Assembly (NCBI GenBank): GCA_951406725.2
Contig: OX597814.1
Location: 196,602,001-196,666,000, forward strand
Direction: 5' to 3'
From: Octopus vulgaris
Lineage: Eukaryota
Length of the DNA stretch: 64,000 nucleotides
Below the pieces are notes generated by a model that saw only the letters and a program-made list of their open reading frames with translations, did no database searches and was not told where the DNA came from. A program made the translations under genes and the position numbers. Below are positions 12,667 through 24,375 of the stretch, one piece after another. How positions within the stretch are numbered: the stretch's first letter is position 1; the number at the start of each line of letters is the position of its first letter.

Positions 12667-13109
12667 TATATTTGACTTTTGCTTTATGTCTGTACAAGTT
12701 GGCTCCAAGTCTCACCCAGAGACCTCAAGAGACAACAGGTTGGAAGTTCTGTGCCATATATTTTGGTTTTTTTTTTTTTTGGTGTTGTACTAGTGAATGT
12801 CTAATACATTAAAAAAATAAATAAATAAATAAAAAAAAAAGTTTGTCTTAAACCTTGGGATTACTTAGAGAGTATTTTGCGTAGGATATGAGCAGTTCCC
12901 ATGAGCACTATCTTTTGAATTTCTGCCATTTTGGAGTTTCCTGGTATCTGAGTTAGGTAGCAATCAGTCCCTTTCGCTATCATTCCCAGGGCACCTATGA
13001 CAACAGGTATTGTTTTAGTCTTCAGCTTCCACATTTTGCTGATTTCTATTTCAAGATCTTTATATTTGCTCAGTTTTTGGTAGGTCTTGACAGATACGTT
13101 TATATCGAT
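12666..13109 (-). mobile_element. 3' end of a second R4/Dong-type RLE retrotransposon family
   Basis: 13109-12861 translates IDINVSVKTYQKLSKYKDLEIEISKMWKLKTKTIPVVIGALG..IQKIVLMGTAHILRKILSK*, homologous to but distinct from the C-terminus of the 809-aa ORF. Its 3' UTR runs into (TAA)n. Confidence 0.85.
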
Positions 13110-13130
13110 TATTATTATTATTATTATTAC

Positions 13131-15932
13131 TTTTTTTTTCTTCTTTCAAATTTGCTTCCATTTCTTGCCGAGTGTCTTCCCGACTCCTAGGGCAAAGAAA
13201 CTCATAGTATACATTGGTAGGCCATTAAACCAAACTCAATAGTTCGTTCATTTAAAAAAATTTATTTTTTTTAAGTTAAATTAAAATACATGAGCAGCAA
13301 CAGTTCTCACATCGACAATGCTCTTCTCAATACGCGTGATGTACCAGTTAAGACAATCTTTTGCACTTCTTGCAGGGATGGTAAGCCAGGGATCATTCTC
13401 ATATAATTTTCGGTTCCCTTGTTGATCATTCCTAGTGCTCCTACGATCACTGGTATTGTAACCGCCTTGAGATGCCACATTTTCTCAATTTCAATGAGTA
13501 GGTCTTTATATTTTCTGAGCTTGTCAAACTCTTTCGCTGAGATATTATGATCACAGGGGATGCTCATGTCGATCAATAAGCAAACTTTATTGTTTTGGTC
13601 TTTCACAACAATATCTGGTTTATTGGCCTTGATGGTTTGTTCTGTATGTACTGGAAAGTCGCACAGAATGGTTACATTTTCTCCTTCAGTTACAGCCTCA
13701 GGGTGGTGATTATACCACTTGTCGGCAGTTTTGATATTGTAATGCCGACTTATTAGCCAGTGGAGATATTGGCCAACTCTGTCATGTCTTAATTTATACT
13801 CCACTGGTGCTAAGACTTTACATCCAGAGATTAGGTCGTCCACTCTTTCAATCATGTCGTTGCAGAATCGGCATTTTGGGTCTGCTCCATTTTTCATAAC
13901 ATTGGCCTGGTAGTTCCGGGTTAATAGGCTTTGATCTTGAGCAGCCAGGATGAAACCTTCGCTCTCTGCTTTTAGCCCTGAGCTCCGTAGCCACTGATGG
14001 GTTTGCTTCTGGTCAACATCAGCTTGTTTGCTGCGGGTCACATATTTGCCGTGCAGAGGTTTCTCCTCCCACCTATCAGCCAATTGCTCGTGCGCTTTCT
14101 TCATTGCCATCATTTTCACCTTCTTTGCAACAATAGTTGCCGTACTTCCCTCGGGTTGTTCAGTTTGGGTATCCTGCACGAGATCAATAGCAATTTTTTT
14201 GCTTTCCTTGATGATAGAATGAAGCTTCTTTCGTCTCTCGTGATTTTCCACGAGCTTTAGCATCCAGTCATTCGATATTTCGAGATATTTGGCCAGTCCA
14301 ATTGTGGTTGTTTTGTAAGCTAGTTCAAATTGGATCAGGCCTCGACCTCCTTGGGCTCTGGGAAGGTAAAGGCGATCTACGTCTGCCTTTGGGTGGTGCA
14401 TCCTATTACAACTCAGCAGCTTGCGGATTTTTCTATCTATATTCTTTACTTCACTCATATTCCAGTTCAACACATTGTAGCTATAAGTAACAACTGGAAC
14501 TGCTAAGGAATTTATAGCTGATACCTTGTTACGTGCATTTAGTTCAGATTTCAGGACTGCACGAACTCTCCTATAACATTCCTTCCTGATTTTCTCTTTC
14601 ATGCTTGCATGCGGAATACCAGAGCCTTCATTTATCCCTAAATATTTGTATGTTTGTTCTTGCTCAAGCTCTCTTATGACTGTGTCAACATCTAACACGA
14701 CTGAATTTGTGGTCTTCACTTTCCCTTTCTGGAAAGTGGCCTTGGCACACTTCTCAAGTCCAAACTCCATCCCGATGTCATCGCTGAATGCTTTCACGGT
14801 GCGCAATAGGCCTTCAAGTCCATTATTGTCTTTACCATAAAGTTTTAAGTCATCCATATAAAATAGATGGCTTATTTTTTTATTGGCAATTTTATACCCA
14901 TACCCTGTTCTGTTTAATTCACTTGTAAGGGGTATTAGGGCTATGCAGAATATTAAAGGTGAAAGTGAGTCACCTTGAAAAATTCCACAGTTGATGTTTA
15001 TATTTTCTGAGGCATGTACTCCATTAGAGTGGTATAATTGGAGATTCGTATTCCACAACGACATATTGTGCTTCAGGAAGTTTGAAATCACAGGGGAAAT
15101 TTTGAAGATGTCCAGCGATCTCAAGATCCATGGATGCGGTATACTGTCGAAGGCCTTTTTATAGTCAATCCATGCAGTGCTGAGATTTCTGCGCTTGTTG
15201 TGACAGTTCTCAAGGATCATACGATTGATTAGCAGTTGATCTTTGCATCCGTAAGAGCCTCGGCGGCACCCTTTTTGTTCAATGGGGAAAATATCGTTCT
15301 TCTCCATGAATGCATATGTTTTCTCCGCCAGGATAGATGTTAGGATTTTATACGTGGTGGATAGACAGGTTATAGGCCGATAGTTTTTTGGAAGGTTGGT
15401 TTCGTTATTCTTTGGGAGTAGGTAAGCAATGCCACTTGCTAACCATTCAGGTGTTTTCTTTGGGTCTCTCATAATTCCATTGAGCAGCTGAACTAGCTTA
15501 CCGTGTGCGCATGGGAGCGATGCGAGCCAGAAATTCGGCACCCTATCTTTACCGGCGGATTTCCAATTATGGGCCTTCGTGAGTGCCTTTCTTAGGTCTG
15601 CTATTGTGATGTCGTCCCATGCTTGTTGTTGTAAATTTTGGTAGGATCCTTCAGTTTGTATAATCCAGTCTGCATTTATGTTGTACGTCTTCTTGTCACT
15701 CCAAATCCTTTTCCAAAAGTTTTGAACTTCTTCCATGGGAAGGGGGTCTTTAACGGTTACTTTCTCCTTCCCTATTTCTCTGTAGAATTTTTTGGCATTG
15801 GATGTGAACAGCTTATTTTGCTTGTAAAACTTGTTTCTCTTCTCAAATCTTCGTATTCTTTGGGCTTTTGCTTGGACTTTTTGTTTCAGCGTTTCTTTTA
15901 TTGATATCAGTTCTTCTCTTGGTGAGGATCCA
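13131..15932 (-). mobile_element. 5'-truncated R4/Dong-clade non-LTR retrotransposon inserted in a (TAA)n repeat
   Basis: RT plus RLE ORF and a 3' UTR ending in an A-run into TAA; (ATT)n on both flanks (13108-13130, 15941-16026). Confidence 0.9.
13307..15736 (-). CDS. Reverse transcriptase / restriction-like endonuclease polyprotein (partial)
   Basis: NYRPITCL, EQKGC, DYKKAFDS, GIFQGDSLSPL, YMDD, YKYLG, CRFC..xLISGC knuckle, RHD, KPDIVV..LIDMSIP..KYKDL. Coding continues upstream in another frame (LKQKVQAKAQRIRRF..FYREI), so the ATG is probably internal. Confidence 0.92.
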   Translation of the reverse strand: MEEVQNFWKRIWSDKKTYNINADWIIQTEGSYQNLQQQAWDDITIADLRKALTKAHNWKSAGKDRVPNFWLASLPCAHGKLVQLLNGIMRDPKKTPEWLASGIAYLLPKNNETNLPKNYRPITCLSTTYKILTSILAEKTYAFMEKNDIFPIEQKGCRRGSYGCKDQLLINRMILENCHNKRRNLSTAWIDYKKAFDSIPHPWILRSLDIFKISPVISNFLKHNMSLWNTNLQLYHSNGVHASENININCGIFQGDSLSPLIFCIALIPLTSELNRTGYGYKIANKKISHLFYMDDLKLYGKDNNGLEGLLRTVKAFSDDIGMEFGLEKCAKATFQKGKVKTTNSVVLDVDTVIRELEQEQTYKYLGINEGSGIPHASMKEKIRKECYRRVRAVLKSELNARNKVSAINSLAVPVVTYSYNVLNWNMSEVKNIDRKIRKLLSCNRMHHPKADVDRLYLPRAQGGRGLIQFELAYKTTTIGLAKYLEISNDWMLKLVENHERRKKLHSIIKESKKIAIDLVQDTQTEQPEGSTATIVAKKVKMMAMKKAHEQLADRWEEKPLHGKYVTRSKQADVDQKQTHQWLRSSGLKAESEGFILAAQDQSLLTRNYQANVMKNGADPKCRFCNDMIERVDDLISGCKVLAPVEYKLRHDRVGQYLHWLISRHYNIKTADKWYNHHPEAVTEGENVTILCDFPVHTEQTIKANKPDIVVKDQNNKVCLLIDMSIPCDHNISAKEFDKLRKYKDLLIEIEKMWHLKAVTIPVIVGALGMINKGTENYMRMIPGLPSLQEVQKIVLTGTSRVLRRALSM

Positions 15933-15934
15933 AA

Positions 15935-16007
<73 letters not shown>

Positions 16008-16028
16008 CATTATCATCATTATTATTTA

Positions 16029-16440
16029 GGCGTCACGCTGGCTGAATCCCCGGTGCTATCCTTCCGTCTATCCGACAGAAAACTATGAATAGCAGAACTT
16101 CTGGCTCTTTACGTTCTGAGTTTAAATTCTAACATCGACTTAGTCATTCATCAATTGGTGACCGATAAAATAAATATTAGGTGAGCCGTTAAAAACCGGT
16201 CACCCTGTGCCAAAATTTGAAGCTATTACTACTAATATTGCTACTAATAATAAGGCGACGAGCCGGCAGTATTACTACTGCGCCAGTCAAAATCTTCTAC
16301 GTCCCGTGTATAAATGACACTGAGGTAAGTAAGTCTCCCATTCAATCGAAGTCGATAAAATAGATACCAGCTGAACACTGGGGCTGATGTTACCGGCATT
16401 CCCGCTCACCCAAAGTTTTAGGCCTTGCTCCTATAGAAGG
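16029..16440 (+). mobile_element. Two decayed SINE family B copies
   Basis: TTTACGTTCTGAGTTTAAATT, AAGGCGACGAGCCGGCAG, GTCGATAAAATAGATACCAG, GGCCTTG tail. Confidence 0.55.
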
Positions 16441-17289
16441 GATGTTTAAGCATATGGTGGTTAGTTTTTATGATGAAATAAATTTTTAATGGGATGATGA
16501 AACCAAATTAACGAATTCCCCAATTATGGTGAGTCCTGGGATGTATGATAGAAACAAAATCATATCTCCAGGTGGTTATACAATGACAATCTCAGAAGGC
16601 TTAGAAATGGATAAACAATTATTTATTTGTATGGGCACTTGTGGTTTGAGGAAACCAAAATCGTTCATAAACGTGCTTCATAAACATACTGGCCAAGTCC
16701 AACAAAGAAAGGTAGCATAGGTTCATTATATGAAGGAAAATATATACGAGCTGCAGAGAAGGTAAGGTCCTTGTGTGTGTCTGGTACTACAACCATACAA
16801 AAACTATACTGAACTTACAGTTAGCAGGTGAAAAGTTAACAAACGGATAACTAACGGTTTGAATAATCACGTAGCATAGCAATAAATTTCATAATGTGGC
16901 TTTAAACAAAAATCCCCTCGAGGTGTTGTCTACATAGCGACGAAATACACGTCTTCCATCTACTAGTTCTGGCCAGCTTCTGCCGTTCAAATGTTCGCTC
17001 GTTTCCCCGTAGAGATGGTGAATCATGTAGATATGCGCAAGGCAATACGATTGGCTGTACACTAGGCACATCACTCATAGATGGAAGACCACTACACAAA
17101 AAAAAAAAAAATAGTTCTACTACAAACTTTATAGTGCGAAGGAGTGCCGTCTGAATGCATATCGCTAATGAATATATTTTTTCAGTGTGTGTATAGATTC
17201 GCATCAAGGTGAATATATTTGATCCTCTTGAGGTGAAACTTTCAGCAAGAAACATCTACTGTAATCTCGACAGAAACCAATGCAAATAG

Positions 17290-18740
17290 ATTTCAGAATG
17301 ACTGCAACTGTTGTTTACACCTGAATTTGAATATCCGAACTGTTGCATCGATATATATCTTATTAGCTTTCTTACTCCATAGATTATGCTGTTTTAAGTC
17401 ACTCTCACTTGACAGCCATGGTATTGATTTTTGACATCTAACGTTATCTATGGACCTTGGTTTTCTCTGTATATATTTGTCTCAACATGATTTCGAGCCG
17501 GGTCGTCTGCTGCTGGAGAGGACCTGGGTATCTTGGTGAATTCTTCGTTTGCGCCTTCGGCCCAGTGCGTCTATGCTGCCAACAAAGCACGCGAAGTTCT
17601 CTTTTTGATTCGACGGTCATTCGGAATGCTCACAGCAACCATATTCCTACCGCTCTATGTCACGCTGGTGAGACCCATATTGGAGTACGGGATTCAAACC
17701 TCTTTTCCTTATCTCCTCAAAGACATACATCATCTCGAAAGAGTCCAGAAGCTGACTACCCGCATGGTTCTTGGTCTCAAGCATTTTGTCTTATGAAGAA
17801 AGGCTGAAGACGCTCGACCTTTATTCTCTAGAAAAACCACGACGCCGTGGTGATCTCATTCTCGCTCACAACATCATAAGCGGAAAGTGTAACCTCCCGA
17901 AAGAGCTGTTCTTCACGCCTGCTCCAGAGCGTCGGCTGCGGGGTCACTCCGAAAAGCTTTATCGGCGACGATTTCATCTCAATCGAAGGAGAGAGGCTTT
18001 CTCCGTCCGGGTTGCGGATCCGCAGAATAAGCTGCCGGCCGAGATAGTGAAGATGACGACGACCGCTCGGTTCAAAGTCTCTCTTGACCAGAAATGGCCT
18101 GAACTCTTTGCATGAACATCCTCCCTGTACATAACTCCATGTCCCCCTACAAGGCCTTGCTTTTTGATTTTTGAGCCAAAAAATTAACTTAACTTAACTA
18201 TCTCTAGCTTGGTTGGCGGGATTTCTTCGCCTTATGTTGCTTGAATTCGTTCTTTTTTATGCTGATCGTTAAGAATTGTACCTGATCTTTATGGTATTCC
18301 TGTTGGAAATATTATTATATATGTGGTCAGTGGTAAGATGTGCGGAAATTAGAGAGATTTTTCGTCATATTTGCTAAACAATGAGTTTAAATGAAATAAT
18401 CTTTCTTGGTGGTGAACAGTTCTGGTTGTTTATTATATCCATTATTTGACTCTGTTCGGGAATTCAAATTTTTCCTTAAATATACTTATTTTATGAGATC
18501 ATTGTAGAATCGCGCTTCTTCGTCGAAATGTTTGTTTCCATATATAATCAATTTTGAAGAGACAATGGCCTACTTATCCTTAAGAATACTACTGATCAAA
18601 GGCCTGAGATATTTCATAAGGCACTAGACAGTTTCTTCAAAGGATTTAAATTTAAAATTACAGTGGAGTGCAATCATCATATAGGCAGATATCTTGACAT
18701 AACCTTCAACTTATATAATTCCGAATTATGTTTCTTAAAC
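17290..18740. pseudogene. Penelope-like fossil (RT and GIY-YIG pieces) with internal inversion, split by a CR1
   Basis: Plus strand 18559-18735: RDNGLLIL..FFKGFKFKITVECN..YLDITFNL. Minus strand 18230-18540: FDEEARFYN..RKIISF..DHIYNNISNRNTIKIRY. Minus strand 17290-17400: NSIIY..KIYIDATVRIFKFR..QSF. Confidence 0.6.
17488..18200 (+). mobile_element. CR1-type LINE 3' fragment, frameshifted
   Basis: LYVTLVRPILEYG..LERVQKLTTRMV and SYEERLKTLDLYSLE..RRRGDLI..LRGHS; tail of TTAAC repeats; same family as 31726-33956. Confidence 0.9.
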
Positions 18741-19142
18741 ATGTCGAGAAATAGAAAATTCTAGTTTTAATTACCACAACAGCGATTTGAACATTTGCGT
18801 TCCAATCTGCTGGAATTTGTTAAGAATAAAAATGAAAGTCATCGTTTGGAATGTCCTTCATCACCGTACAAAAGACGACTTACTGTTGATTGGCAGACAT
18901 AAGAAATTATCTGCAAACAGGTCAGCTGCTGAAATGAAAAAAGAAGCCATCACATCTTTTTTACATACATTGGTTCCGGTATCTCTGGATGACGAGACAC
19001 AAGATGTCGAACAATAGTATACCAGAGTCCCCTGTACCAATGAATCGAGAGTGCTATGAACACATATTCCTGTTTTGTTGCGACAAAGGCAACAGCGATG
19101 AGGATATTTGCGTCCAAATCAACTAGAAAGTATCTCTCTCAT

Positions 19143-19522
19143 TTCTCTCTTACTCGTTTCAGTCATGTGACTGTGGCCATGCTGGAACACCGCCTTTAGT
19201 CGAGCTAATCTACGCCATGAGTTATTCTTTGTAAGCCTAGTACTTATTCTATCAGTCTCTTTTGCCGAACCACTAAGTTACGGGGACATAAACACACCAG
19301 CATCGGTTGTCAAGTGATGTTGGGGGGACAAACACAGACACACACACATATACATATATACGACGGGCTTCTTTCAATTTCCGTCAACCAAATACACTCA
19401 AGGCTTTGGTCGGCCCAAGGCTATAGTAGAAGACACTCGCCCAAGGTGCCACACAGTGGAACTGAACCCGGGACCATGTGGTTGGTAAGCAAGCTACTTA
19501 CCACACAGCGACTCCTGCGCCT
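19143..19522 (-). mobile_element. SINE family A
   Basis: Full family A copy; a 23-bp piece of the head is repeated at 19523-19545. Confidence 0.9.
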
Positions 19523-20118
19523 AGCTACTTACCACACAGCCACTCGAACGATTCTATTCTTATACATTTTTCAGTAGATTTCATTTATAGGTTATCGACG
19601 AAGAAGCGAAGTAACTAATCATAGAGAGGCGACGGATAGACTATACCCTCTCTAAAATTGCCCAGTTCACGATACCGCAAGTAAGCTTTTTACCAATACG
19701 TCTTCAATGATCTGGTTACAGACATCTTATTCGAATTTGTAGCTTCTCCTTCTACCAAGCAACCTATGTTGATCTTCCAATTATACTCATGAATTATAAC
19801 CCAGTGGATATAAGGAATGTATTAAAAACGATGATTTTTTCAAAAATTTAGTAAACGGTCTGCTTTATAGTCCTCCTTCCAGTCAACGTGTGTCTAGACG
19901 GATGGTTAACGTATTTTTCTAAAAGAAATAACATTATAATATCCTTTACTCTTTACCAGAGGTACTTATAAATTTTCCATAAGTTTTTTTTATATATATA
20001 TATATAGGTATTTTACACTACCACAGTTGGTTGCATATAAATTTGGCGAGTATGAATCGAAGAAAATTATGTAACTCTGTTTCTACCCCACATTTTTGAT
20101 ATTTCGTAATGAGCTAGA

Positions 20119-20450
20119 ATGAATGTACTCTTGAACGCCTATGTATGTCTAAACGAATTATTTATTATGCCACAGTGAAAGAAATACAACGTCTACATTT
20201 TTACATTTCATGAATTTTTACATTTCATTAATTGCATGTTCATTTATAAGACCCTCTGTGTAGTTCTAAAGATTTAATCGAGAAATTTGCAGCCGAATTC
20301 AAACTAATTATGCATGTATGTTACAATTCTCTTCGTGCTTCAAGGCTAGACTGGCTGTTGTTACTTTTCGTACTTATTACAATAATTAAATACATTCGTA
20401 TTATGTAGGCAGTGATTTTAAGTTTCGTATGTCGAGACATTACCAATAAG
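20119..20450 (+). pseudogene. Possible Penelope-like GIY-YIG fossil
   Basis: NECTLERLCMSKRIIYYATV (CPLxGxC..IIYxAxV-like) and, downstream, YYVGSDFKFRMSRH. Confidence 0.4.
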
Positions 20451-20716
20451 ACAAGAAATTTCGAAGCTCGCAGATTCTTTTACGTGACGATTTCATTAAA
20501 ATTTATAGACATATGACGAGATTTTGAGATTTAGCTATATGAGGCAAGATAATGAATTCAAAGCGGTGAAAAAAGAGGGAGGACATTAATATTTAATTCA
20601 TGAAGATGAGACTTTAAATAGAAGTGACAAGGGAAAAGTACACTATAAATAAAAACTTATAAATTGTAGGAACGTCAGAAACGTACAAAGTTTTGTATAT
20701 TATTATTATTATTATT

Positions 20717-21275
20717 GAGTGAGAGAGCAGTTCATGCCATCAAAGTGACACTGGGATAAAATATACGAAGCCCAGTATACTCATCATGACTACCCGTCTG
20801 ATAAAGGTACACCAGGCACATGCATCACAACCATATGTGCGCGACATGGTGATCTCATATCAAGATAAACAACGCACATGACCTTGCAGGTGGGGCCCAG
20901 TTAGAATTTTCTTCAGGTTGAGTAGCCCATCCCGCTCAAACGGTCCCTGAATAAGGGTTGTTTAAGGATGTTGAAAGAACCACCCATGTTTCCAGAGGTG
21001 AACTATTCAAACCCCAAAGAATCCCTCTCAACACATGGCTATGATGCTCCCCCACTACTTCTGCTCGTGATCAGAGATGCACATATCGTCAGCCACTAAG
21101 GACATGCTCAACTGGTTAAGGTCAAACAACTGACAAGCAAATCTGTGGTATTGAGCAGAATATTTGCTGTAGCCCATCTTTTATACCAAGACAAAACAAT
21201 GTACATGATAACACTTCCAATCAGTTAAGATCAGAAGCCATGAGAGCCACTGCCTGGTACTGCATCAGGGCATTT
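20717..21275. mobile_element. About 560-bp non-coding element flanked on both sides by (ATT)n
   Basis: Second copy at 11773-12572; no ORF or tRNA head recognised; sharp borders with ATT repeats. Confidence 0.75.
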
Positions 21276-21511
21276 ATTATTATTATTATTATTATCATTA
21301 TTATTATTATTACTATTATTATTATTATTATTATTATTATCATTATTATTATTATTACTATTATTATTAATTCACAAATGAATGTCATATAATTTTGAAA
21401 CTTCGAGGTCAAAGAGAATTGAAAGAGAGAAATCTAAAAAGAGGAGTGCAGCAAGATGGTATTTGTGCTAGTGTTCATGTTGGTTCTATATACTACTTAA
21501 ATGTGTACGTA

Positions 21512-21749
21512 CAGTAATACTTCGCCATATTGCGGTTCACCTAACGCGGTCCTTCTATCGCGTTTATTATTTATGCTAACGTCGATTCCACCGTAGTGTT
21601 GTTGTTTTTTGCACTTATAATAAAATAATTATATACGAATTATAAAAATGATAATAAAAATATATAGTACAGTACTGTATCTACTTCGTGGATTTTCCCC
21701 TGTCGATGGTTTTTGGAACGTAACACTCGCGGTAGTCAAGGGATTACAG
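21512..21749. mobile_element. Decayed pogo/Tigger-like MITE
   Basis: TA-CAGTAATAC.. and ..GGATTACAG-TA form imperfect terminal inverted repeats with TA flanks. Confidence 0.45.
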
Positions 21750-21756
21750 TATATAT

Positions 21757-21855
<99 letters not shown>

Positions 21856-22049
21856 TGTGTGCGTGTTGTTGTTGTTCGGAAAGGTTTCATCGAATTTCTA
21901 GAATAGTAGACTCCTTATTTTCTTCTAATTATTAGGATTTTGCCACGGCTAACTACCTAAATACAACGAATAGTGTGCCTTGAATGTCAGAGCAATGCAT
22001 TATAATAACAACAATGGGCTATAATAACGGTTATAATTTAATCATCCAT

Positions 22050-22213
22050 AGGCGCAGGAGTGGCTGTGTGGTAAGTAGCTTGCTTACCAACCCACACGGT
22101 TCCGGGTTCAGTCCCACTGCGTGGCACCTTGGAAAAGTGTCTTCTACTATAGCCTAGGCCCGACCAAAGCCTTGTGAGTGGATTTGGTAGGCGGAAACTG
22201 AAAGAAGCCTGTC

Positions 22214-22269
<56 letters not shown>

Positions 22270-22475
22270 TTGTGTGCCTGTGTTTGTCCCCCCAAGATCG
22301 CTTGACAACCGATCTGGTATGTTTACGTCCCTGTTACTTAGCGGTTCGGCTAAAGAGACCGATAGAATAAGTACTAGACTTACAAACAATAAGACCTGGG
22401 GTCGATTTGCGCGACTAAAAGGCGGTGCTCCAGCATGGCCGCAGTCAAATGACTGAAACAAGTAAAAGAGTAAAG
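22050..22475 (+). mobile_element. SINE family A, full length
   Basis: AGGCGCAGGAGTGGCTGTGTGGTAAG..AAGTAAAAGAGTAAAG. Confidence 0.92.
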
Positions 22476-22478
22476 TCT

Positions 22479-22520
22479 GATATAATATTTCGGAATATAA
22501 AAATTCCTTCTTCAGATATC
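22479..22520 (-). ncRNA. Minimal type I hammerhead motif
   Basis: GAUAU-CUGAAGA-A-GGAAU(UUUUAU)AUUCC-GAA-AUAU-U-AUAUC: 5-bp helix I, 5-bp helix II, palindromic helix III. Confidence 0.6.
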
Positions 22521-22550
22521 CCTAGGAATTGATCGAGTCAAAGATTACTA

Positions 22551-22760
22551 TTTTACTTGTTTCAGTCACTTGACTGTGTCCATACTGGAGCACCGCATTA
22601 GTCAAGCAAATGAACCCCGGGACTTATTTTTTGTAAGCATAGTACTTATTCTATCGGTCTCTTTTGCTGAACTGCTAAGTTACGGGGACGTAAACACACC
22701 AGTATCGGTTGTCAAGCGATGTTGGGGGGACAAACACAGACACACAAACATATACACAAA
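22551..22760 (-). mobile_element. SINE family A 3' half
   Basis: Tail through to the internal microsatellite; head missing. Confidence 0.88.
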
Positions 22761-23974
22761 TAATTGGAGAGAATCCAACGTTAGGATTGTGATTTTAAGT
22801 TTCTGATTACAGCTTGGTGAGTCCTATGAAATTACATGAAACACAATATAGAAAATGTCAATTCAATATACGAATGAGATGAGTATAGATACATATATTA
22901 TGTGAGTGCGTGCGCGTATGTCCATGTGTGTATATACATGTAAAGTCATATAGTATGTGTGTGAGAATGTATGTGTGTCCCCGGTAGAAATACTTGAATG
23001 TGAAGAAACCACCCTGGTGGTGCATAGAACACTCTCCAAATAAGAAAAGACGGATGAACTTAGCCTGGTTGAAGTGATGTCGACAGACCGTTTTTCATGA
23101 GCACCTGACTTTCTAGGGGCCTACAGTTGTATTCATGGAAGCTTTCTCATGACTCCGAGATAAATGAAATGCCATACCATCCTTGCAGAATTCGAACGCC
23201 AGATGTATATGAATGATACTAAATAACACAATTTATTTATTCCGGTCTGACGATATCATTCTCTGTATAATATCGGGCGGCTCCGAGTTCTTACATTCTC
23301 CATAACAAGTTGTTTTGCTATAGTGAAACTACGTCGTCTTAATAGCAACATATTTTCATATATCGCTTTAAAAATCAACCCATTTAAATGGATTTATTTG
23401 TTCAATATCTATCTTTATTCCACATCTGGTTTTTCATCAATATCTTTGCTATATCCTATACGTTCTTGAGGAAATCAACGTGAATATAATATATTTACAT
23501 ACGAATATTAAAGAATGAGGAAAATAATTCGAAAAGCTAAGGTTTTTTTTTTCTTGATTACATCAATAAAATATATGGGTAATATTAGTTTTGAATAGAG
23601 CAAAATATGTTGAAGATAAGGAAGATTTTTAGTATGGATACATTTAGAATAGAGAAAGTTATTTTTATGGGTCTTAAAGAGACAGACGAAAAGTATTACA
23701 GTTTTGAAAATTCATAGTTTTACTGTTCTAACACTGGTCGTGAATAAGAAAGCGAGAATGTAAGTAAATAGCAGACCGATATTTAAAATATCAATTTTGA
23801 GATATGAAACAGCAATATATCTGTGTTATCTTTTGGATAAAGAGATTGGTGGTTGCTTTGGTAGTATGTGTTAACTTTTAGATTAAGCAGCAGGGCAAGG
23901 ATTGGTAATTTGTTTACAGCGATATCACTACCGTAGGGACAAGCTGCGGATTCCAATGTAAACAACTTTTTTTG

Positions 23975-24375
23975 GCAGAACCATTAGAGCATTGGGTAAA
24001 ATGCTTCGTTGTGTATGTACCTTCCAACCACATGGTTGTGAGTTCAGTTCGAGTGCGTAGAAATTTGTGCAAGTGTTTTCTATAGCCTCGGGTTGACCGA
24101 GGCGTTATGAGTTGATTTAGTAGACGGAAACTGAAGAAAACTCTACGTAAGTTTGTGTTTGTGCGTATCTGTCCCCTACCATCGATTGACAAACGGTGTT
24201 AGTGTGTTTATCACCCCATAGGTAAGAGGTTCGGCAGAAGATTTTAAGGGTTTTAAAAGGTTTTTCTTTAAAAAAAAGAAGGACTAGGGTCATTTCGTTT
24301 GAGTAAACACCTTTATGTCGGTGATCCAGCATGGTTGCAGTCTAAGAACTGACCGAAGTCACAGGTAAAAAGTAA
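23975..24375 (+). mobile_element. Old diverged SINE family A
   Basis: CAACCACATGGTT..GCAAGTG..TAGACGGAAACTGAAG..CCAGCATGG recognisable with many substitutions. Confidence 0.7.

Noticed and set aside
22050-22125. SINE heads as tRNA genes
   Set aside because: A/B boxes are present but there is no complete cloverleaf, and each head continues into a SINE body.
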